DNA of 32,681 nt from Sphacelaria rigidula (Eukaryota), in contig CAXNAA020000037.1 of the NCBI GenBank assembly GCA_964200075.2, positions 1-32,681 of the forward strand. Reading direction: 5' to 3'. The notes beneath the pieces are model-generated. The model worked only from the letters and a program-made list of their open reading frames with translations. It was not told where the DNA came from and did not search any database. This document shows positions 23,977 to 32,681 of the stretch, piece by piece. The position numbers and the translations under genes are program-made. Each line of letters begins with the position of its first letter. Within the stretch, counting starts at the first letter, position 1.

Positions 23977-24133
23977 CTATCGAGCCGGGCAGCGCCAGAC
24001 ACACCAGTCGACACATGAGTATGCCATCGCGGAACTTGTCCAACAAGTCCGCGCCGGTCGGGTCCAAGGGTAGCAAGTGCCCGAGGAACTCGTCGCCGTC
24101 CAGATGTTCGTTGACGTGAGACGCGAGCGCCTC
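23977..24133 (-). CDS. Exon of fimbrin/plastin-like CH-domain protein (gene B), CH1 N-terminal half
   Basis: Acceptor catccag|, donor G|gtgatc. EALASHVNEHLDGDEFLGHLLPLDPTGADLLDKFRDGILMCRLVCLALPGSI matches the fimbrin CH1 pattern (HLLP.DP...DL....DG.L.C.L.N...P.TI). Confidence 0.92.
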
Positions 24134-26501
24134 CTGGATGGTATCGAGCACCGCACGGAGAGAGCGGAAGGGGGGTCGCGGCGGGTATGGCATCATGCAA
24201 CTAATGTATTTACAGTTTTGACGGCGCTCTACTGACCGAGACTTCGATCTTCTGTACTGTTTGGGTGGAAACAAGAACGGACAACACCCTCCTGTTTTGA
24301 ATTTGAAACTCGCCGAAGCAATGCTCGTATGCGTGAGACATGGCCATGAGGCCCATGAGGCCCTCACAAAGGCTCCATGGCGGCTTCGTCAAGGCCCTCT
24401 CCCACACCACCGTGGTTTGGGCCCCGATTTCATTCCCTATGCACGTACCTAACGCATATTCCACAACGGGAGGGTTCGGGGTACCAGTATACACTCATTT
24501 GCTGTGACTGAAAAGTAGCCCCTGTCGTCCTTCATCTGCTTGTACTATAACTTTGCTTTGCTAAACGTGCCGAGCGGCCAAACCGTCGTAGCTTCAGGCT
24601 CGTGCTGAGGTTCAACCCGCAAAAGACGCCTTCACAGCGGACTCTCCCCACACGCATGAGGATAATGACGAAACATGGGAGGCATGGTAGTCCTTCGGGC
24701 AGGCAGGGCTCTGTGCTATATATAAGGCACCGTGCTGTGTATACTATCGGCCCTGCACTGAAGAAAAGCTCCCAAACATGCACCCTCCCTCCGCTTCAAC
24801 CGCTCGGGCGCGAGTTGCCAAAGATCGGTCCTGAATTTGCCACTGGGTAGGCATGAAGGAAAAATAGCACCATTTGATCCTTCGACTGCGGGAATCTTGA
24901 AACATGCCTATTTGATCCTTACAGGCTGAGCATCCCACATTGACGCTCCACCAACCCCGTCTCGGAGTCGTATGGTCGGCCGATAGTCGAGGGGGATTCA
25001 GGAAAAAAAGAAGGAAAAGGGGCTCCTTTTTCAGCAGGAGGGTATGAGAATTCCCACATCTTCGGAGCAAGCATCCCACATCAACCATGCGTGCTTCTGG
25101 AAAATCCAAGGCCGGACAGCACTCCCAAGTAAGGTGAAGCGATCATTTCTATGGTTCCTATGAGTCGAAGCAGCCCGCCCTTTCGTTTTTTTTTTTTTTC
25201 ATACAGCCATATGAACTATAGCAGGCAATCTTTTTCTCTGCATGCTCTTTAAGCTATACCGCCATCTCAATTTTCTCACGTTCCTCTTCAAATTACCCGA
25301 AAGCTGACCCACGTGCAGTGCTGTTCCTCTCCCAAGGCATGCAGGCCTTTTTCCCGAGGGTGATACACTGACTGTAGTGCCCAAGTCGGAGTAGGCATGT
25401 TCCACAGTCTCAATCGTATTGAGCCCGGAGGAGCAACCATCGCGAGGAGAGAGGTTATCACACTCACCATGGACAGCTGGCCCAGCACGCGTGGACGGGC
25501 AGTGGAAGAATCAGAATGGAGAAGGATGAACGTCATTGCACATATCGTCAGCAGTTGCTACGCAAAACCTGCCCTTGCCTGGGAGTTGATGGCAAAAAAA
25601 ATGTACTGTGTTCTCAGAACTGCGGGCGCTACGGCATGCACACGAGTACTGTTGCTGACCGTGTCTGGCTTCAAACTAAACTCATACATCATTACATAAC
25701 GTGTTATTGTGAAATAGAAAACTATAATAGGATTGGAAAAAAAATAATAATCAGCAAGACCTCGGCGAAGTGAAAGTGGGTTAGTCACCGATACACCCAC
25801 ATACAAATCCGGACCGACCTTGCTCTAAGTTGGTACTGGGAGAAGAACACCACATCCATTCCCGTGATTATCAGACTATTATCACGCTCAGTCTGGAGGT
25901 GCTGCTACTGTCTGTAAGGGGACATTGCGCCCTTTCCAGGTAGCTTAACAGGGGACCTTGGCAAAACCCAATCTTCTCGCGACAGGAGCAAAAATTCGAA
26001 TTGTCGCGTGACTTGGGACGGGGAAGTCGAGCCCCCGACCCTCAGATATATAACGGAGCCTAAAGGGTGCTCCTTAGCTGTGTTTCTTCGAGCGTTGATT
26101 CACAACCGGGCGAAGACTTCATGACACAGCCGGCAGGATCCATTGCTATCTGCGTGCCCGTTTGATATCGTACGCTCTATATTTGTCATTAGACAGCAAG
26201 TGTTGAATAAAATAAAAACGCAATGCTGGTATCCACCGTTTCAACGTACAACACTCCCTCAGAGCCTTGCATCACGCAAGCTGTAACTGTGAAGCCTGCC
26301 TTTGTTATCGACCAACGTACCCTCCAAGTTTCGGCATTATCAGACACATAACCCTCGCAAATTTATATTTTTCTCAAGTTCCCGGGAACAAGCTGCTTGG
26401 TGGTCACGATAGTTTTGCTCCGCAACGACCACTGGCCATTTCAAGTACACGAAAAACAGGTTGTGCTTGTGCTATGCGGGCAGTCTTCGCGATCTGCTCA
26501 C

Positions 26502-26550
26502 CACCCCTCGTGCTGTCAAGATAGCTGCCATCTGTAACGTTGGTGCAAAG
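26502..26550 (-). CDS. Possible upstream small exon of gene B
   Basis: Acceptor ctttcttttctatttctgcttgaag|, donor G|gtgagc; encodes LCTNVTDGSYLDSTRG. Linkage to the CH exons is not established. Confidence 0.3.
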
Positions 26551-26666
26551 CTTCAAGCAGAAATAGAAAAGAAAGCACAGCAGACTGCGTCCAACGGGAG
26601 AGTTAATGACATGTCAACCGTTCTGCATCATTACACTTGTGTCCCGCTGGAGTCGTTGAACGATAA

Positions 26667-26989
26667 GGGGGGGTGGGGGTACTCATGATCATGCATGCCA
26701 TAGTCATCAGACCATTGACCTCGCATCCCTAAGGGGGGGGGGGGGGGGGGGGGGGATTCTCTTTTTTTTTTCATTATTGGGGGGGGTGGGGGGTGCACTG
26801 TGTTTTCTGGTGGTGGGGATTGTTTGGGGNNNNNNNNNNGCTGGCTGTCTTGGTGGGCCGTCGTTGCTGGTCGGGGGGGGGGGGGGGTGTTTGGTGTCGT
26901 ACTCATTTGTTGCTTGCCTTAGTCGTTTGACCATTGACCACGCAACCCTTTTGAGACGGAGTATCCCTAAGGGGGGGGGGGGGGGGGGG
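26667..26989. repeat. Cluster of poly-G-bounded modules around an assembly gap
   Basis: Copies gtactcatgatcatgcatgccatagtcatcagaccattgacctcgcatccctaa(G)n and gtactcatttgttgcttgccttagtcgtttgaccattgaccacgc...ccctaa(G)n; N gap at 26830-26839. Confidence 0.8.
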
Positions 26990-27063
26990 ATATAATCGCC
27001 GATTGCTTCACACAATAGGGCGAGAGGCGTTGTTACTGGTGTCCGTTGTTCGACCGATTGGTT

Positions 27064-27119
27064 GATTGTCACAGTTTAATTGATCACTCAAAGATCCAGC
27101 CGCGGTCACATGATGGACG

Positions 27120-27150
<31 letters not shown>

Positions 27151-27202
27151 CGCACTTCAATTGACCACCCATTGAGTCCAGCCGTGGTCGCATGATAGAC
27201 GT
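27064..27202. repeat. Two diverged ~57-bp units separated by (GATT)n
   Basis: gattgtcacagtttaattgatcactc...tccagccgcggtcacatgatggacgt, then ~7 GATT units, then gtcgcacttcaattgaccaccc...tccagccgtggtcgcatgatagacgt. Confidence 0.75.
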
Positions 27203-28264
27203 ACCCAAGTAAGCAACACTGAAACACTCGCTCAATGGACGTACACGAGACAAAAACAGAAAGGTAGAGCAGACAGAGTAGACTAAGAAAAGGCAGGAAA
27301 AGAGAAGAAAAAAAAAGACAAAAAGAAAAGGAGCGCTGTGAACAAGGAAAACGCATGGCGTGTTGTCTGAGATTATGTTTCGTCCTTCCGTCCGACTGAA
27401 CCCATCTCTTTCGGTGTTGCGCCTTTTCAATATTATGGAGGCATTCTACTGAAATTATAATCCATCATCTGCGGCGTCAATTGGAGATGGCCATGATCTA
27501 AGGACAAAAATATGCTGAGACGTCCTTGGAAGAGAGGTCTCCACATCAGCACGGATATCTGGCGCTACAGACCAGCCATCGCGCGTTTGGCAGCCGGATC
27601 GGAAAGGATGCATATCACGACGAAAGTGGGGAGCGTTCATTGCACGATATGTATCCGCGCACAGTAACACCCGACGCACTGTATGTTCCTCTTGCCAGTG
27701 CAATGAGTACTGTGGTACTGACTGTACGATGCGGGCCACACCTCGACAGGGCTAGAATACCCGCGATCCATCCGTGAAAAAATTAACAAATTGCAACTCG
27801 CACTGTCCTAGTCTGGAACCAAGTGAAAGCAGTGCACAAGGGCGCTCACCCGCCTCCCAGAGAACGGTAAGTATATTCACGTGGGAGCATACCACCGAAG
27901 AACATCCAGTTGATTCTGATAGAAGAAAACTACAGCAACTACCCCTGTCATTTTCAGGCCGTCGTGGTAACCGCCACGCTAAGTCTGACACTGTGAGGGA
28001 GGAGACGTTGCCCCCTGCCCGAGCAGGTCCGCAGTGGTCCTTGAGAGAAGACACTCTTCTCCTTGGCTGCGTCGTGCGGCCGCGTCTTGCTCGACACGGT
28101 GTATAAAACCCAAGGGCATCTGCCTCTCACACATGGAGAACCTCAACCGGTGGTTATTTCCCGCCTTGGTGCCAGCCTCGACCAACAAGGGGCCGATGTG
28201 AACGACAAGGGTGGCAAGATCTACTCCTGCCTCCGCGCGGATTTCACATCATTTCCACGCCGTC

Positions 28265-28416
28265 GACAATATATGGTCAAAAGATGCAATATACGAGAAG
28301 TGTACTGCATAAAGTATAGGCCTATTGCAACTAGTGCCGGCTGACAATAGTCGCTATAGGCCTGTACTCTATGCAGAATGTTTCTTGTCTATTGCAACTA
28401 TTGACCATATATTGTC
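28265..28416. other. 152-nt indel-free imperfect palindrome (foldback)
   Basis: Outer 15 nt are perfectly complementary (gacaatatatggtca / tgaccatatattgtc). Pairing continues without gaps to the centre at 28340/28341. Confidence 0.9.
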
Positions 28417-28445
28417 CAAGGTGTGACCGTCTCCCTCTGGAGTTG

Positions 28446-29363
28446 TCCACACGTCGGACGAGTCATTACTCGTCGAAACGAGAGCACTCGACTCGTTACT
28501 TTTTTTACAACGAGCGATGACTCGAGTGCTCGCCCTATTATTTTTTTTCTATAACAAGCAATGACTCGAGTGCTCGCCCTGTTATTTTATTCCCACAACG
28601 AGCAATGACTCGAGTGCTCACCCTACTATTTTTTTTCACAACGAGCAATGACACGAGTGTGCTGTGTTGTCGTCCCATTCATTCTGGACGTCGGTGTACA
28701 CCTTTCGGTATATGTGGGCGCACCAGCCGGGGTCACACAGGAGGAAGGTCAACACATGAGCTTTTTTTCGTTTTTGTTTCAGTTCTCCACCTTCCTTCTG
28801 CGGTGCTTGCCTCCATTTTTCATCGCGAGAGGGGTTCAGCGATCACTTTCCCTGGTCGACCGTTATGTCGATTTTTGTGTACCCACGACATAGTCGCTCC
28901 CCCCTGTTGGGCATTGTGTGAGAAAAATCCCAGATCGCTCTGAGACTCGAACTCACGAGCCAACTGTCAGAAGGTTTCGAGGGTACCAACTGAGCCACCG
29001 GGGCGACCGGCGAGTGCTCTCCCTATTAACGTTTTTTCACAACAAGCAATGACTCGAGTACTCGCCCTATTAATTTTTCCACAACGAGCAATGACTCGAG
29101 TGCTCGCCCTGTTCATTTTTTCCCACAACGAGCAATGACTTTGAGTGCTCGCCCTATTAACGTTTTCCCACGACGAGCAACGACTCGAGAGCTCGCCCTA
29201 TTAACGTTTTCCCACAACGAGCATTGACTCGGGAGCTCGCCCTACTAAATTTTCCCACAACGAGCAACGACTCGAGTGCTCGCCCCATGAATTTTTACGG
29301 CCAACGAGCAGCCCAAGGAGTGCGAATGCTACGAGTCACACTCGTGCTCGTCTGACGTGTGGA
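28446..29363. mobile_element. Non-autonomous TIR element with internal ~42-44-bp tandem array
   Basis: Inverted ends tccacacgtcggacgag (28446-28462) and ctcgtctgacgtgtgga (29347-29363), 16/17 match. About 10 internal units of acaacgagcaatgactcgagtgctcgccctattaa(t)nccc. Confidence 0.7.
28660..29011 (-). mobile_element. tRNA-derived SINE inserted into the tandem array
   Basis: Minus-strand head GCCGGTCGCCCCGGTGGCTCAGTTGG...GAGTTCGAGTCTC (A and B boxes). Homologous to 8551-8905. Flanking direct repeat cgagtg at 28654-28659 and 29011-29016. Confidence 0.85.
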
Positions 29364-32300
29364 ATTGTCAGTATGAACTGTTCTTGGTTTCGGAACAATT
29401 CAGCATCGTGCATAACCATCCTTTCAAGCCACGCAGCGCACAAAACGCCTTGGGTCGCCGAAACTGCTGCATCAACACCTACCTGCGGTTTTAGTCCACA
29501 CATCCGTCAACTTTCAGTATCATCAGACGCCAGGTGTACCGTGTTGGGGCACCTAGTCTCCAAAAAGACCGCCTCCATATTATTGAAAAGGAACAACACT
29601 GCTTCTGATCATGTGCGAGCTTGTTTAATGCAATGGGGGACGAGGGCGTGGCGGAGAAATGCTGCAACATCCCTCCCCCATATCCATCGTTGACTCTCTG
29701 TCTGATGAAAAACGTTCGCATGTACGTACTGTACGGTACAGCAGCAGCAGCATCAACAACATTGCAGGCGGCAGAGTACTGACAAGTGATCCGCCTGGCC
29801 ACGCCCTGTGCAAACACCTGGCGCGATAGATGTGAAACGCCTGCCTGGAACGTCAAAACATGCATGAGGTGTACCCCGAAATTTCCAGACTGCGCAAGCG
29901 TGGGCATATCGTGTCCTCCTATTTGCGTATATCCCAGCAGTAGCGGCTGTCCGCGGGCACCACTTGCAAAGCACGAACGCACATGCCTAACGAAAATGGC
30001 TTCAGCCAAGATACGCCTTAACTCGCGGCTCGAAGCTTGTCGGGTCCTCCTCTATTTTTTTCCCATAAAAATTCTTCATACCCACGCACTCATGAGCAAC
30101 AGCCATGCGTTCACACTCCAAGACAATCACCAACTGTGAATCCGAAGTCAAGTTGACCATGAGGAGGTGTGGTTAGTGTGGGTGACGCTACGAGGTGAGA
30201 GATCAAGGCACGAACGCTTGCACTGACATATATGAACTCAGGTTGGTTGCTTTACAAAGCGTTATGTGACTTGATCTCAATGAGGCGCAATGTTCCTCCT
30301 GGTGAGATCTCGTGAGAATGTCCGCAATGAAGAGGTCAAGCCCTCGACCGCCAGCGCGGGTCACCTGGATCTCAAGTCATTTTTCAAGTGAACATGATGC
30401 CGATTCCACACATGTTCGCCCCCTCAAGCTGGTCAAAGGGTTAGCAACACAGCGAATATGAGTCGCGGCACATAGGACGGAGCAGGTACAATTATACGTA
30501 CAAGCCAAATGCCAAAACCATGGTAACACCTCTAGCAAAATGAACGCAACAACGAGCTGAACCAAGCTTGGCTGAACTCCAGATCCAAAGCGCAGACTAA
30601 CCTTCTGTTGGCTTTCTGTGCGCATTGGCAAGACCCCCACGCTGCCTAGTCCGTCGAACAGCCATGAGTTTGATCGCTCCCGGTAAGGGTTGATGGAGGC
30701 AGAGATTTTCATAGCCCCAGTTACTCAGTGTCGTTTTTGTGCTCAAGAGGGTGTAGTGCTCTGATTTTGCAAGATTCTGCTACAACAGCCAGTGGGTAGT
30801 GGGTGCGGTGTAACAGTCAAGAAGACACACCATTTTGCCTTTGAGTAGTGTCACGTTGTTGTATAACGCCTGTATTGAAACAAGACCTGGTACAGCGTAT
30901 AGAATTAAATGAATCGCTACCAATTGTTATCATTTACATGTCGCACGAAAACAATATCATGTTCCAACAATATTAGTTTATGCTTAGAAACAGGGTGGAA
31001 ACCAGAGTCAACGTACGGCACACGCCTCTATGTTGTTGTGCCTTGAACCATCTATTGTGCGGCAAAATCTCATTGTAGACACCGTTCATCCGACATAGCT
31101 GTGAAAAAAGGAGAGCCAGGATGAAGTGTCTGTTGTTTCTTCATGTCGTCGTCGTGCTATTGCCTGCGGCAGCTGGACAGAACTTGAGAATGGCTGACCC
31201 GGACTCATCATCTGGAGGTGTGTCTAGATGCCCCTGGGCAGTAGGTGGAACAATGATCGTGATTCAGACTGAGCCGCGAGGAGAGAGCAGTGTCGGAGAA
31301 ATCAGTAGCTGTATACAAAAAAACAGTGCATCAAGTGGGGCTGTGGCATTACATGGGCTGAAGTTGACTACTTCCCGATCGGAGGAGCGCAGTAGCTGAA
31401 CCCAGACTGAACCCCCACGAACCCAGTTTCCTCAACAAGATAGGCGCACAGTACGATAATTGTGGTGTCTTGAAATGCTTGTTCTCTGTAGCATGAACGA
31501 GGAGATCATCTTCCGAGCGTGAGAGCGGGAACGTGCTCCTTTCAGCGGAAACGGGAAGATGCTCTCTTTGTAGCAGGAACGGGAAGGTGTCCGAAACTAT
31601 GTTAGGATCTATGGAGGCACGGGCGGCCGGTGGCCCGTGTTTTGAGCTGAGGTGATAGTTGATTAGTGGGAGTACGTACCATGGAGACCTTCAACCCTCC
31701 AACCCCTCCCTCGTGGGAATAGGTACCTCGCCGGGGGACGTTCAATCTCCAACCCCTCCCCCCTCCCTCACGCGACTGTGCTTTGAATCCTAATTTGATG
31801 TACTGTTCTCGGTTCTAATCCTACCGTGAAGAACATAGCCGAAGAGGGTGCGTGCTAATCCTGGTACATGTACAACAGTATCATAGCAGCTACTACTCGT
31901 ATGAAACCGTGCAAGTTAGACCCCCTGATGCCCGGCGGCAGGTGTTCGGGGATGGAAACACTGGCGGTATTACAAATCGCCCAGGCACTTGATGTTGTCG
32001 CACCTCGGCCAACCTCGCACTGGAGCTGTATCGTTATTGGGCCCAATTCGAAGCGATCTTAATCGTTTTCAACCATACGAAAAAATGAAGCTTCGATACC
32101 TCCGCTGGTCTTGTAGAGATAGCTCTACACTGCTCCTTGTAGAGCACTGTGAGAGCAGTTGATGGAAACAGCGTATTTATTTCAGTGGAGGGCGACGGCA
32201 CATAAATGTGTACATGTACAAACGTTGTGTTTGTGTTGCTCTGTACAGTAGCGCAGTACCCTTCGAGACAATATAGTCATCCGAGGGCCCATCTTGAAGG

Positions 32301-32681
32301 GTTGGGGAAAACCGCAACGAGCAGAGCAAGCGTCAAGCGTCCAAAAGCAGCATCGTGAACGTTCATCACGCGGCGTGATGGCTAATCAATGTACTGTTTT
32401 TGAGCACTCGGTTTGCTCTTTCGTGTTCTTCTCAGACCGATAAGACACGGCCTGATGAGGTCATGTATTCGGGTGTGTCTGGCACACTACCCTTCGATCG
32501 AAAAAATGCGGTGGAAGAGAAACATTTGGATACGATGGGTCCACAGCGTTCATGTTCCAAGGTGGCTTCGAAATTGTTCAAGGGTACGAGCTGGGCCAGC
32601 CGAAAAACGAATTTAAGCTCTAAGAGCAATATCAATTCGACGCAGACGAGTTGGGCCGTGATCCGCATATCGTATTAATCG

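Noticed and set aside
26733..26890. G/T-rich sequence and Pro-rich ORFs around the N gap
   Set aside because: Typical read degradation after homopolymer G; not reliable sequence.
27430..27500. Possible EF-hand exon of gene B (IDAADDG...ISVE)
   Set aside because: Needs a frameshift and lacks the conserved loop spacing; not supportable.
28930..29011. Possible tRNA genes (also 5905-5988, 8830-8905, 23505-23594)
   Set aside because: A and B boxes are present but there is no convincing cloverleaf, and each is attached to a longer repeat-like body. Treated as SINE heads.
28500..29310. CRISPR-like look: palindromic ~27-bp repeats with variable linkers
   Set aside because: The linkers are short (~15 nt), T-rich and similar to one another rather than unique spacers. 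No cas genes are present and the context is eukaryotic. It is a tandem array inside a TIR element.
31121..31399. 92-aa ORF with signal-peptide-like N-terminus
   Set aside because: No recognisable domain or supporting gene structure; could be chance.

Overview
Eukaryotic, intron-rich and repeat-rich genomic DNA; the exon sizes, GT-AG introns and repeat types suggest a stramenopile, probably a brown alga (inference). Almost all ORFs in the supplied track are spurious because the real genes are spliced. Two spliced genes were rebuilt by hand. (1) A + strand gene with five phase-compatible exons (630-5300, 5' end uncertain) encodes a cysteine-rich protein with a Mid1/NLF-1/FAM155- or Frizzled-CRD-like cysteine pattern and a hydrophobic C-terminus. 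(2) A - strand gene has three clear exons encoding a fimbrin/plastin-type calponin-homology domain (24133-19520). It then seems to lose fimbrin similarity and run through low-complexity and IQ-like exons, some possibly disrupted. The rest is repeats: tRNA-derived SINEs of three families, solo or truncated LTRs, a TIR-bounded element with an internal ~43-bp tandem array interrupted by a SINE, a ~2.3-kb C-rich ~80-bp satellite, short modules bounded by poly-G/poly-C, and a 152-nt indel-free foldback. There are two 10-N gaps. I found no CRISPR array, prokaryotic operon or clearly novel multi-gene system. The best leads are the Mid1-like protein, the foldback and the atypical fimbrin-derived gene.
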